From the NCBI RefSeq assembly GCF_022045235.1, contig NW_027266275.1, forward strand, positions 41,168,001 to 41,232,000: a stretch of DNA of 64,000 bases, written 5' to 3'. The DNA comes from Haliotis cracherodii. Its lineage: Eukaryota. Shown in pieces: positions 50,330-63,792 of this stretch. Each line of letters starts with the position of its first letter. The first letter of the stretch is position 1. The notes below the pieces were generated by a model, which was not told the origin of the DNA, searched no databases, and worked only from the letters and a program-made list of their open reading frames with translations. The position numbers were made by a program, and so were the translations under genes.

Positions 50330-52306
50330 AGCCGGGTGACAGACCAAGCATATACCATCATGGCCACTGGTTGTATTGCTGGGTGACAGTTCAAGCATAT
50401 ACCAACATGGCCTCTGATTGTATAGGTGGCTGACAGTCCAAGCATATACCAACATGACCACTGGTTGTATTGCTGGCTGACAGTCCAAGCATATACCATC
50501 ATGGCCACTGGTTGTATTGCTGGCTGACAGTCCAAGCATATACCAACATGGCCTCTGGTTGTATAGGTGGCTGACAGACCAAGCATATACCATCATGGCC
50601 ACTGGTTGTATTGCTGGGTGACAGTTCAAGCATATACCAACATGGCCTCTGGTTGTATAGGTGGCTGACAGTCCAAGCATATACCAGCATGGCCACTGGT
50701 TGTATAGGTGGCTGACAGTCCAAGCATATACCAGCATGGCCACTGGTTGTATTGCTGGCTGACAGTCCAAGCATATACCAACATGGCCTCTGGTTGTATA
50801 GGTGGCTGACAGTCCAAGCATATACCAACATGACCACTGGTTGTATTGCTGGCTGACAGTCCAAGCATATACCAGCATGGCCACTGGTTGTATAGGTGGC
50901 TGACAGTCCAAGCATATACCAGCATGGCCACTGGTTGTATAGGTGGCTGACAGTCCAAGCATATACCAACATGGCCTCTGGTTGTATTGCTGGCTGACAG
51001 TCCAAGCATATACCAACATGGCCACTGGTTGTATAGGTGGCTGACAGTCCAAGCATATACCAACATGACCACTGGTTGTATTGCTGGCTGACAGTCCAAG
51101 CATATACCAACATGGCCACTGGTTGTATAGGTGGCTGACAGTCCAAGCATATACCAGCATGGCCACTGGTTGTATAGGTGGCTGACAGTCCAAGCATATA
51201 CCAACATGGCCTCTGGTTGTATTGCTGGCTGACAGTCCAAGCATATACCAACATGGCCTCTGGTTGTATTGCTGGCTGACAGACCAAGCATATACCAACA
51301 TGGCCTCTGGTTGTATTGCTGGCTGACAGTCCAAGCATATACCAACATGGCCTCTGGTTGTATTGCTGGCTGACAGTCCAAGCATATACCAACATGGCCT
51401 CTGGTTGTATTGCTGGCTGACAGTCCAAGCATATACCAACATGGCCTCTGGTTGTATTGCTGGCTGACAGTCCAAGCATATACCAACATGGCCTCTGGTT
51501 GTATTGCTGGCTGACAGTTCAAGCATATACCAACATGGCCACTGGTTGTATTGCTGGCTGACAGTCCAAGCATATACCAACATGGCCTCTGGTTGTATTG
51601 CTGGCTGACAGTCCAAGCATATACCAACATGGCCTCTGGTTGTATTGCTGGCTGACAGACCAAGCATATACCAACATGGCCACTGGTTGTATAGGTGGCT
51701 GACAGTCCAAGCATATACCAACATGGCCTCTGGTTGTATTGCTGGCTGACAGACCAAGCATATACCAACATGGCCTCTGGTTGTATAGGTGGCTGACAGT
51801 CCAAGCATATACCAACATGGCCTCTGGTTGTATTGCTGGCTGACAGTCCAAGCATATACCAACATGGCTTCTGGTTGTATAGGTGGCTGACAGTTCAAGC
51901 ATATACCAACATGGCCTCTGGTTGTATTGCTGGCTGACAGACCAAGCATATACCAACATGGCCACTGGTTGTATTGCTGGCTGACAGTCCAAGCATATAC
52001 CAACATGGCCTCTGGTTGTATTGCTGGCTGACAGTCCAAGCATATACCAACATGGCCTCTGGTTGTATAGGTGGCTGACAGTCCAAGCATATACCAACAT
52101 GGCCTCTGGTTGTATTGCTGGCTGACAGTCCAAGCATATACCAACATGGCCTCTGGTTGTATTGCTGGCTGACAGTCCAAGCATATACCAACATGGCCTC
52201 TGGTTGTATAGGTGGCTGACAGTCCAAGCATATACCAACATGGCCTCTGGTTGTATTGCTGGCTGACAGTCCAAGCATATACCAACATGGCCTCTGGTTG
52301 TATTGT
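50330..52306. repeat. 47-bp minisatellite (gctgacagtccaagcatataccaacatggcctctggttgtattgctg), ~42 copies, between the BFAR and PARN start codons
   Basis: Direct tandem repeat; the 683-aa and overlapping ORFs are repeat translations. Confidence 0.97.
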
Positions 52307-53159
52307 TTTGTGACAGATCAAGTAGATACCATATTACAAAGGGAGATGCACAAACACATATGGTTGTGAGTTGCAAAAATGTTTGCGTTACGAAGTTTCA
52401 CGATATCAGTTTTTCAAAGGACAACAATGTCATCTTTATCACATATTATTTTGCATCAATATGGATATGGTATTTTCAGGACTGATTGTATTCGAGATGA
52501 GGGCGATTAGGTAAATGTTCTGGCTGTATGTGGGTAGTGTTGTTGGCCGATTCTGTCTGAATTCACATCATCGTTATAATTTAATTTACACTTTTAGCCG
52601 CTTATATTCCATCTAGTACTAAGGGCATTTGATACTTAAATAATGTCAAAATGTTAACTGATCAATGTAGTCATTATTTCGATCGATTGTTTACATGATA
52701 AAAGGAACAATGGATTGAGATACGAAGTTGATCTATCGCTTAAAATTATAACATCTTTACGAATGTACATATATTTATAAAGAAAACAAACGGTTTTGAG
52801 TGAGCGATATTAATGTACTAGACATACGTTTCTCTATTTCACTTTATTTTCCTTTCTGTCATTTACTGTATTCATTGTAAATATGTACACGTGAAAAACT
52901 ATGAGAAAGGGTGATCTAAGGTGTGACACTCGAATTGAGACTTGTGTTGATCGAGATGTGTTGTTCTACAGTAGTATCATTTAGTTTCCCCTTACAACAA
53001 CAAAAATGGTAAGACCAGGAGGCAACGTGACATCTAAGTTACATAAAAAATATCCTTTATATTTGTTTTTTACAAATGAGTATAATATGACAGAAATAGA
53101 TTGATAATTATCACGAGTTCCTTGTTTGTGTTTGCTATAAGCATCTACACCAAAACAAG

Positions 53160-53178
53160 ATGGAGGTCACCAAAACGA
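53160..53178 (+). CDS. PARN: PARN coding exon 1 (MEVTKT)
   Basis: caagATGG context, donor A|GTGAGA; phase 1 completes AAC (N) with exon 2. Confidence 0.85.
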
Positions 53179-56100
53179 GTGAGAGCTTTATTTTTACTTT
53201 CGCTTTTACGAAACTTATTTCAAAAATACATTAGGTTCTCAAACTGTTCATCATAATTTGGTTGTTAATGTCATGTTAATTGTTTGGTATCTTGGACATT
53301 TTTTCGTTCGGTGTCAACCTCTGATATCCGTTACACATCATACATTTCGGAAAAGAAATCAAATTTCGCGGCATCTTACTTCGAATATACCACTGGGCCT
53401 ATTGTACATTTTGGCACATCATGTACCGGCCCCTCATACCGCTACACTTTGGCTATTACATCAAAATGTTACGTTGTTATCATCCATTACAAAACTAATC
53501 ACCACCATGACGAAAATACATGGAAGTTGAACGGGCAGTGGTAAATCTATACTACTTTTGTTCTAGATATATAGCCTGCAACCTCGGGGTATCGCGGTAC
53601 TTGTCATGTACGCTAAACAGAACAAAATGCACTCACTAACCTTTATGATTATTCGTGTTCTCTGTATCAGATATCATTCATTTTATCAAACAATGCATAT
53701 TTTACTGATAAAAGTTCATTATTCACATTAGTAGCTCCGAGTAAAAGCCGGGCCTCGCGCTCTGTTTGACAAGGGTGAGAACTCCATCGTATCGCAGTAC
53801 AGAGAAAAGTTATGTATGGAGGTCCGAATTGGACAAACAGAGGACATAATTCTACCAACCACTTGGTATGATCATGCATGACATCAGTGATTTGTCCAGA
53901 CAAGTGCAAAGACAGCACAAGTAAAATTCTAAATGTGTTATCAGCAATAGGTATTCAATGCATTTTTACCGAAAAGTAAGAGAAAAATATTTTTGTAAGT
54001 CAACAACAAAATATCAGAAATGATATTTTAAGATTGTTTAAAAAAAATTGGATGACAATAATTTATCACAAAATGGAAAAATGTTAAAAGTCAACAATAA
54101 ATATATAAAAATCACTCCTAGTATGCCCAAAGTATGTATTTATCTTTTGACTTCTAGTGAAGAACGTATTTCTAAGTTTGGCATTATGGCCCTTATGATC
54201 TCCCAATAGATTCTGGGCACAGAGCGGGAAAAAATGTGCGGACTACGTAACTTCCGTTACCTCATTAGTCGCCCTGAATATGCAGATGATCTAGTTCAGG
54301 TCGATCGAGAAAGTTTACTTGGGAACTGTGGGTTATATCGTTGGCCATTGATAGATGGGGGTAAGGCAATATTACAACAGATGCCAGAAATATATATTGA
54401 CGGATTAATAACTCCTTACTTATAGCAGACGGAACATTCCGAGGAAATTGAAATTGTTTACGAAGTGAGCACTTCCTGGTTACCGATTTGCATTAATAGA
54501 CAGCTGCTAAGAGGCGTGTCCCGCGTGAACTATCAGAAATCACAAATGCCGCGATACGATGAATGCCGCGGTACCATGGGGTGCGAGTATACTTATAACA
54601 CTATGACACTGGATTACACATTAGGCACATTAATGCACATTTCTACCAGGGACCACTTATTGTATAAAAAAAAAATCCTCAGTGGATACTTTATAACACT
54701 GCAGTTTACTGGGTGCACCTCAGAGTGAGTGGGGGGCACGGGTGGCCCAGTCGTCTAAGGCGCTGCGATTCGCTGTGCAGAGTTGCGTCCCTTGGGCACA
54801 CCAGAAACCTATGATTGTGGATTCGAATCCCGGTTCGCCCCGATTATGTTTCTGAGTTTGTCAGCACCATACCCGTGCTCGTGGGTTTCACCGAAGTGGT
54901 AAACGTCCGAGACCAGCATCACTTCGGGCTTTCCTCCCACATTAAGCTGACACGCCGCGATATAACTGGAATAATGTTAAAAGCGGCGTTAAACCAAACT
55001 CACTCACTCAGAGTGAGTGATAATTGGCTCACGCTGCAGGGTGTGACTATAGCATTTCTTACTTCACTGATCTTTCATGCCTTTATAATCCATAGGGTTA
55101 GCTGTGAGTTAGTGTGTTTATTAGCTAGCTCTTTTAACAAATAAATACAATGTAATTGGAGTAAAATCAGTCATGTTATCAAGTTTCAAGTTTCATAGAG
55201 GAAATGGCTACTGTGCATGTGCATAAAGGTATACAAACGGGTGCTGATGACTTAGTAAACATGCACTAATTATTTGCACGGGGTAGAGTGTGGGCTAATT
55301 AGGTACTTATTCTCCCCTTTCTTGTATTATGATATATAAGCTTAAAATACAAAGTTTTGTTTAAGCATGTATAGAATGTGAATGTTGCCCATGGTTAACT
55401 CTAAATAGACAAAGTTCTCATTATCATTGTTTCGCAGTGGAATGAAAATAAATGCTAAAGTTTTCTATTCACCTTTTAATTACATATTAAAAGACAGGAC
55501 AATTGAATGTAGAACACTACACAAAAATATTAGTATTTCCCTTACGAAATTATTCTGAATATGACTGAAAGTTAAACTATAAACAATGATGTCATACTGA
55601 CTATGATGAGCACTGTCAGTCTAAGTAACAATACATTCTTATGTCTAGTCACCACTATGGTTGAAGTTAGACTTCTTTAAAAACCAGCCGACATGCTTTT
55701 TTATATAACACAAACATTCAGGCAAAAGTATATGCATTTTAATGTTCTCTCAGCAAAATTGAATGTGTTTGCGACAAAGTCCATTTCCTGAAAACAAATA
55801 TATAAACAAACAGTTATCCTTAACATTCCTCCAATACACGTTGAAATCATGTGCACCGTAAAATTCAATCTGCAAAGTAGGTCACTATGTTCTTGTATTT
55901 TAACTAAACACACCAGACAATCCATGAACAGTTCTTCAGTCCAATCATAGTAGCATTAGATGACATCAGGAGTTAATTTCACTCATGTAGAATTATGTTC
56001 CAAGTTTCATTACCATTTCCCGTTTATGGAAAAGTCAAAAGTTCTCAAAGGGGACAAACAACCAATGTTGAACCATTGTGAAAACATGAACAGAGCCACT

Positions 56101-59100
56101 ATTATGAGATTACACACAGAGTATTAGTTCAATCTCATTAAAATCAGATCTTAATTCTTGCTACAGCTAAACAAAGATCAGAGGGCACCCTATTGTGGGT
56201 CACGTCAGACCGACCTTGCGCAAACTTTGACTTACCAATGGAATGACTGACAAGAAGTCGACATTATCCAATCAGAAGGCAGCTTTCTCATGCTTTATGG
56301 CACTAGTTTCAAATTGGTGACTTCGCTTCGAAACATATTTTGTCAAATTCTCGATTACAAATTTGAAACCTAAACAAAAGAACATTCTGGAATGGCTAAT
56401 AGATAGTCTAAATTGTATGGATTCAGTCGTTAAGCCCGTAACTAACATTCGGAATACCCCGTGTTAAAGTTTTTGAGGTTGCATGATCAGAAATCACTTT
56501 CATGATCCGGTAAGCGACGCTCTGATTGGTCGGATATAAGGTCATTCTAATGTGAGCCCTAATGGGATGTCCTCAGACTTTTGTTTAGCGGTAGCGAGAA
56601 CTAAGATTTGATTTTAATGAGATTGTGTATTAGTTATGCCAGTTATGAGGTAAAGTACACATTTGGTCGGGAGATTGATAAAATGTTGAACTCTGCATGA
56701 AATTGTTTAATTCCAAATTCAGTGCGCATTAACATGATTAAAACAGGTGTAGTACAGTATGTCTGCTGAGTGCTAATGTGTATACCACAGTGTAAACATG
56801 GTAAATTTACACTGGAAACAGGTGAGATTGATCTTTGTTGCCATGGGATGAAATGCTGAAATATGTACAGAGACATATCCAGGTGGTTTCAGAGACTTAT
56901 CTTCGTCCCCATGTCTGCAGTAAATTTTGGTGAAAATCAAAACATTGAAATTAAATATTTCCCAATTCAAGTTATTATGATTACATCTAATGTTAAATTT
57001 TTGTCAAGGTACTTTTTATTGCACTGATAAGTGGACCAATAAATAGTAAGATTTTGATATCATCTTCACAACATTGCTACTGGAGCAATGTCAGCATTCT
57101 TGAAATACATCGGAATGCAGCTGAAAGAAACTCTGGGCCTTCCACATTTTCCAAAACCTGTATATTGGGGGGAATACTGTTTCTTCCATATTTACCAGCC
57201 ACAGGCAGAGGTGCTTTGTGTAATATCTTAGATATTGCTTGAGCTACTTATGAAGCTCTGTATTATGATGATTGTTGTTATTTTATTACTTGTCTGTATT
57301 CATTGTGTTCAGGTTATTTTTATGAATTTGGCCAATTACAGACTTTAAGGAATGTCTCAGTCAAATCGAGGAAGCTATCAAAGAAGCAGACTTCCTTGCG
57401 ATTGATGGGGAATTTACAGGTAGGAAACACCATATGTATTATCAGCTGACCTTTGGCACATGTTGTAAAACTATACTTTCTGGAACCTTTCAGCATTTGT
57501 TCAGCCTTCAAAATATTTACTTAATATCAGTTAATTTTTGGTGTAGTTCTGCAGTGAAGACTAAAGTCTACACAGTAGAGTGACATCAGAATATAGAGAC
57601 ATCAGCATGATCAGAATAAAGCGACATCAGAATAGAGTGACATGAGAACAGAGCGACGTGAGAACAGAGCGATATCAGAAAAGAGTGACATCAAAATAGA
57701 GTGACATCATAAAAGAACAGCGTCGAAGTAGAGTAACATCAGCATGATCAGAATAGAGCAGCATCAAAATAGAATATTATTCAAATAGAGTGACATCGGA
57801 ATAGAGCGACATCGGAATTGAGTGACATCGGAATAGAGCGACATCAGAATTGAGTGACGTCGGAATTGAGTGACATCAGAATAGAGCGACATTAGAATAC
57901 AGATCTATCAGAATAGCCATATGGTGGACATAACACTTTCTCAGATGAATAAATCCAACTTTTCAAATTTCTTTTTGCATAAGTATAATCATGGTGCCTA
58001 CATCATCATGATCAAAGCCCCAAGTACCTACATCATCATGATCAAAGCCCCAAGTGCCTACATCATCATGATCATAGCCCCAAGTGCCTACATCATCATG
58101 ATCAAAGCCCCAAGTGCCTACATCATCATGATCATAGCCCCAAGTGCCTACATCATCATGATCATAGCCCCAAGTGCCTACATCATCATGATCAAAGCCC
58201 CAAGTGCCTACATCATCATGATCATAGCCCCAAGTGCCTACATCATCATGATCAAAGCCCCAAGTGCCTACATCATCATGATCATAGCCCCAAGTGCCTA
58301 CATCATCATGATCATAGCCCCAAGTGCCTACATCATCATGATCATAGCCCCAAGTGCCTACATCATCATGATCATAGCCCCAAGTGCCTACATCATCATG
58401 ATCATAGCCCCAAGTGCCTACATCATCATGATCATAGCCCCAAGTGCCTACATCATCATGATCATAGCCCCAAGTGCCTACATCATCATGATCATAGCCC
58501 CAAGTGCCTACATCATCATGATCATAGCCCCAAGTGCCTACATCATCATTATCATAGCCCCAAGTGCCTACATCATCATGATCATAGCCCCAAGTGCCTA
58601 CATCATCATGATCATAGCCCCAAGTGCCTACATCATCATGATCATAGCCCCAAGTGCCTACATCATCATGATCATAGCCCCAAGTGCCTACATCATCATG
58701 ATCAAAGCCCCAAGTGCCTTCATCATCATGATCATAGCCCCAAGTGCCTACATCATCATGATCATAGCCCAAGTGCTTACACCATCATGATCATAGCCCC
58801 AAGTGCCTACATCATCATGATCATAGCCCAAGTGCTTACACCATCATGATCATAGCCCCAAGTGCCTACACCATCATGATCATAGCCCCAAGTGCCTACA
58901 TCATCATGATCATAGCCCCAAGTGCCTACATCATCATGATCAAAGCCCCAAGTGCCTTCATCATCATGATCATAGCCCCAAGTGCCTACATCATCATGAT
59001 CAAAGCCCCAAGTGCCTACATCATCATGATCATAGCCCCAAGTGCCTACATCATCATGATCATAGCCCCAAGTGCCTACATCATCATGATCATAGCCCCA

Positions 59101-62100
59101 AGTGCCTACATCATCATGATCAAAGCCCCAAGTGCCTTCATCATCATGATCATAGCCCCAAGTGCCTACATCATCATGATCATAGCCCAAGTGCTTACAC
59201 CATCATGATCATAGCCCCAAGTGCCTACACCATCATGATCATAGCCCCAAGTGCCTACATCATCATGATCATAGCCCCAAGTGCCTTCATCATCATGATC
59301 ATAGCCCCAAGTGCCTACATCACCATGATCATAGCCCCAAGTGCCTTCATCATCATGATCATAGCCCCAAGTGCCTACATCATCATGATCATAGCCCCAA
59401 GTGCCTACACCATCATGATCATAGCCCCAAGTGCCTACATCATCATGATCAAAGCCCCAAGTGCCTTCATCATCATGATCATAGCCCCAAGTGCCTACAT
59501 CATCATGATCATAGCCCCAAGTGCCTACACCATCATGATCAAAGCCCCAAGTGCCTACATCACCATGATCATAGCCCCAAGTGCCTTCATCATCATGATC
59601 ATAGCCCCAAGTGCCTACATCATCATGATCATAGCCCCAAGTGCCTACACCATCATGATCATAGCCCCAAGTGCCTACATCATCATGATCAAAGCCCCAA
59701 GTGCCTTCATCATCATGATCATAACCCAAGTGCTTACACCATCATGATCATAGCCCCAAGTGCCTACATCATCATGATCATAACCCAAGTGCTTACATCA
59801 TCATGATCATATGGAAATTGTTGTATTGGAAAAGACAAATTAAAACGTTAGCTTATAACAGATGATATTAATTGTGTGTAATATGTTTAACATATTTTAT
59901 TTGGAATGCAATCAATATTATATTGATTGTCAGGACTTCATGCCAAGGATGCTGAGTCAATCGGATCATTTGATACCCCTGAAGAGAGATACCACAAGTT
60001 GAGGAAGGCAAGTGAAATGGACCAGTTTCTTGCCTGCATTGCAAATTTATGTCATGAGCATTAAAGGGATTATTTCAACTGCCAATTTCCATGGTTCCTT
60101 GAAAATGTTATCATCTGGAACAAGCATCCTAAAGTTTTAACTTTAAAACTTTAACCATACAGATTAATTTGCTTGTAGACTTAGTTGCACAATTTATGAT
60201 GACAACATCGCTGCACGTTCAGTACATGAAATATAACTTTTCAAATCTCAGTTTCAGGGCAAGCATGGCAAGTTTATGTTCAATGTTTGCATGTCCTGCA
60301 TATAATCTGTAGTTTTTTGTTTCAGGGTGCAGCACATTTTTTACTTGTACAGTTTGGCCTAGCAGCTTTTAAATATGATCCAGAGAAAAAAAGGTATGCA
60401 TGCATGATATATGCATGTAGTTCATCAACATTTAATGTCACTGATAGCCTTTCTAACATAAAGTCTTTTACGTTTTAACACAAGATGTACAAAGCAGTAA
60501 CTCAGATTGGTGACCTGCTTGAGGGGCACATTTTGGTTATGTAATGGGATTGAAGAGAGAGGGAATTGCAGAGGTTGTATTAGGATAAGAATGACATGTA
60601 TACATATATAATAAATATTATAATTTATATAACATAACTCTCCATCTCTGATCCTGTCCTCTAAAGTAATGTCATGTGCAATTGACAGTCATGGCCTGGT
60701 GTATTCTTTCAGTTACACATCCCGACCATTCAACATGTACATATTCCCACGTCCATTCAGTCGCCAGGCTCCAGATCTACGATTTCTCTGTCAGGTCAGT
60801 ACCTAGGAACCGTCATACGACTTTCCTCTCTTTGGAAATGTCTCTCACGAATCACTTAAGAGAGTACTATTGCTTGGATTCTTGAATGTAGGCTCTTGAT
60901 TCTCTCCCTCCAATTGTGTTTGGGCTACGATACCGTTTAGACCTTGACGTCATCAACGGCATGACTGTGAGCAGCTCTCCAAGTCCCGTGTCAATGATAG
61001 TGAAATGCAAACCTCTTGTACACATATATACTTGAGCGAAATTAATCAGCAGGTGTACACAGTTTGAGTAGCGAGTGGTTTCATTCAGAAATAATCATCA
61101 ATACTTTATGGATTTGTACATACTATGTTTCTCAAATCTTATTAAATTCAGATCTTGTACACTGATCTGTTGCCTCTCTCCATCAACATCTGACAAACCC
61201 TTTGTAGCAGGGCGTGTCAGCTGAACCCTGAACGACCTATGACCACCCAATCCACAGGAAGAAAGCATGGGGTTTTGAGATGTCTACTTTCGAAAACGGT
61301 TCACCTGCATTCTGATACTGGCAGCCTGGAACAACACTCTATGGGCAGATGTAGTCATGTTCTAAGTAGCAGAAATGAAACAGAAAAAAAGATTAAATAA
61401 ACATGACTGGAACGACATGATATAAAATATTTGCAGCACAGCACAGCACAAACATTATTATTCATCATTAGGATGTGTCAATTTATGATGATTTTAAAGA
61501 TGCAAACTAATGAGGTATGTTGTTGTGAAATGGTGAAGCTTCGCTGACTTGTATGGAGACGAGGAGTCTCCACACTAATTGGGCGTTGCGATCTGATGTA
61601 GAGGGTTTTGTCAGATATTGCTGGAGAGAGGCATCAAATTGAAGTCTTATTGATATAAATGAGATTGTGTATCCCTCCATCACACATGGATATGTTTGAC
61701 TGCCATGGTAATGTAAATCTTTAGTCAGCTGATACAATGAAGCATTGTCTAAATCACTGAATTCAAATCATTCTGTCTCAAATCTGTGAATCTTGAACAG
61801 AAACTTACTGATATAATCTGAGCATCCATTGGCCAGAGTACTCCCTGGCACACATCATACTGGAAGCACTTATTCATGTGAACGAACTACACTTCAAGCA
61901 TAGCCCAATGTGTCTACAGGGAGAAGGATGTAGTGTAAAGACAGCAGCCCAATGTGTCTACAGGGAGAAGGATGTAGTGTAAAGACAGCAGCCCAATGTA
62001 TGCACAGGGAGAAGGATGTAGTGTAAAGACAGCAGCCCAATGTATGCACAGGGAGAAGGATGTAGTGTAAAGACAGCAGCCCAATGTATGCACAGGGAGA

Positions 62101-63792
62101 AGGATGTGGTGTAAAGACAGCAGCCCAATGTATTCACAGGGAGAAGGATGTAGTGTAAAGACAGCAGCCCAATGTATGCACAGGGAGAAGGATGTAGTGT
62201 AAAGACAGCAGCCCAATGTATGCACAGGGAGAAGCATGCAGTGTGAAGGCAGCAGCCCAATGTATGCACAGGGAGAAGGATGTGGTGTAAAGACAGCAGC
62301 CCAATGTATTCACAGGGAGAAGGATGTAGTGTAAAGACAGCAGCCCAATGTATGCACAGGGAGAAGGATGTAGTGTAAAGACAGCAGCCCAATGTATGCA
62401 CAGGGAGAAGGATGTAGTGTAAAGACAGCAGCCCAATGTATTCACAGGTAGAAGGATGTAGTGTAAAGACAGCAGCCCAATGTATGCACAGGGAGAAGGA
62501 TGTAGTGTAAAGACAGCAGCCCAATGTATTCACAGGGAGAAGGATGTAGTGTAAAGACAGCAGCCCAATGTATTCACAGGGAGAAGGATGTAGTGTAAAG
62601 ACAGCAGCCCAATGTATTCACAGGTAGAAGGATGTAGTGTAAAGACAGCAGCCCAATGTATTCACAGGTAGAAGGATGTAGTGTAAAGACAGCAGCCCAA
62701 TGTATTCACAGGTAGAAGGATGTAGTGTAAAGACAGCAGCCCAATGTATTCACAGGGAGAAGGATGTAGTGTAAAGACAGCAGCCCAATGTATTCACAGG
62801 TAGAAGGATGTAGTGTAAAGGCAGCAGCCCAATGTATGCACAGGGAGAAGGATGTAGTGTATACATTCCCAGGATACTGATGATGTGGAGTGTGAGTGGA
62901 TGTTATGAATTTGAGTAGCTATGAAGTTTTACTCATGACATGAATCAGTTAATCACCTCCCCTTGCCTGTCCCGACTGTTGCAGGCTTCAAGTATTGACT
63001 TCCTCGTGTCACAGAATTTTGATTTCAACAAAGTGTTTAGAGACGGTAAGTGACCTTGTGATCGAGTGAATTAGGTGTATGGTTGTTTTGAGCAGTATCA
63101 TGTTTATATCACATTCCTGCTCCCTATGTTGACCTGGGTTAAACTAGTTTCTCACCTCTCTATTGCTTGTAATGGGCAGTAGACTACATTGGTTCAGGTG
63201 TCAGGCATGGTGACGTCATGCTTCAGGCTGCCATGACGTAGAGTGACGTTTGCTGTCTGCAGCATTAAACAACATTCACTCATGCATCTGGACAACGTTC
63301 CAGTGAATGTGTTCCAACAAGGCACTGACTGAGCAAGTGCCTCCACATGAGATCAGGAAACCTGTGCTTCTACATTTTCTACTTTCTACAAATGTAATAA
63401 AGAGAATAACCTACTCTCAACTTATCTGACACTCATGAAGTTATGTTGAAAGTCCCTCGACAAGCATGCAGGTTTATTCTCTAAATACATAACTGTCCTG
63501 GTTACACCAATGTCCTCATCTAGGGCACTCAGAGATTTTGGTATGTAGGTGGTTTCATTCTGTGACAGTCAGTATCTATCCTGCTGTGTGACATATGTTG
63601 AAACTGTCCAGGAATCCCATACTTGACCCCACCACAAGAAGAACGCCTGAAGGAGTCGATCAAGAAGAGGAATGCTGAACATGCCCAGTTGTCATCTCCA
63701 GCTTTCACGAGTCCCCATGGGGCCAGCGCTGGGCCCTACAAGGGGCCAGTAGAGGTCCCAGATGATCAGAAAGACTTCATTGACGATATCTG
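53160..63792 (+). CDS. PARN: Poly(A)-specific ribonuclease PARN (DEDD/CAF1 family), first 7 coding exons; partial, continues beyond the window
   Basis: Exons 53160-53178, 57342-57419, 59934-60007, 60326-60393, 60713-60794, 62985-63045, 63612-63792 splice in frame to MEVTKTNFKECLSQIEEAIKEADFLAIDGEFTG...FDTPEERYHKLRK...FLLVQFGL...FNMYIFPRPF...[29 protein letters not shown]. Confidence 0.95.
54730..55009 (+). mobile_element. tRNA-derived SINE, full length, with Pol III A and B boxes
   Basis: A box TGGCCCAGTCGTCTAAGG, B box GGATTCGAATCCC, tail gcggcgttaaaccaaactcactcactc, flanking repeat cagagtgagtg. Confidence 0.92.
56130..56625. mobile_element. MITE with long TIRs (caatctcattaaaatc...) and 8-9 bp TSD gtattagt(t)
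   Basis: TIR of about 90 bp; gtattagt at 56121-56128 and 56627-56634. Confidence 0.88.
57342..57419 (+). CDS. PARN: PARN coding exon 2 (catalytic D-x-E)
   Basis: FKECLSQIEEAIKEADFLAIDGEFT. Confidence 0.95.
57575..57912 (+). repeat. Degenerate ~17-bp tandem repeat (agagtgacatcagaat)
   Basis: Repeated gacatcagaatagag motifs. Confidence 0.8.
57993..59811 (+). repeat. 30-bp minisatellite (caagtgcctacatcatcatgatcatagccc), ~60 copies, PARN intron 2
   Basis: Exact 30-bp period; the ORFs are repeat translations. Confidence 0.97.
59934..60007 (+). CDS. PARN: PARN coding exon 3 (GC donor)
   Basis: LHAKDAESIGSFDTPEERYHKLRK; donor AAG|GCAAGT. Confidence 0.9.
60326..60393 (+). CDS. PARN: PARN coding exon 4
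   Basis: GAAHFLLVQFGLAAFKYDPEKK. Confidence 0.93.
60713..60794 (+). CDS. PARN: PARN coding exon 5
   Basis: YTSRPFNMYIFPRPFSRQAPDLRFLCQ. Confidence 0.93.
61900..62861 (+). repeat. 44-bp minisatellite (acagggagaaggatgtagtgtaaagacagcagcccaatgtatgc), ~22 copies, PARN intron 5
   Basis: Direct tandem repeat. Confidence 0.97.
62985..63045 (+). CDS. PARN: PARN coding exon 6
   Basis: [20 protein letters not shown]. Confidence 0.95.
63612..63792 (+). CDS. PARN: PARN coding exon 7
   Basis: IPYLTPPQEERLKE...VEVPDDQKDFIDDI; donor GTGAGC. Confidence 0.92.

Noticed and set aside
50270-52376. 683-aa and overlapping Cys/Trp-rich ORFs
   Set aside because: Translations of a 47-bp tandem repeat, open in all three frames, with no unique flanking coding sequence.
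54735-54840. Functional tRNA gene
   Set aside because: It has A and B boxes but no proper cloverleaf, and it is followed by a SINE body, (ACTC)n tail and TSD, with multiple copies.
57921-59747. (GYDHDDVGTW)n or (APSAYIIMII)n repetitive 'shell-matrix-like' proteins
   Set aside because: A 30-bp satellite in PARN intron 2, interrupted by 29-bp frameshifting units, with no signal peptide or splice support.
61900-62861. 44-bp array as another splice-junction-derived repeat
   Set aside because: Some units read cacAG|GTAG, but the unit has no similarity to any PARN exon boundary and ends about 120 bp before exon 6.
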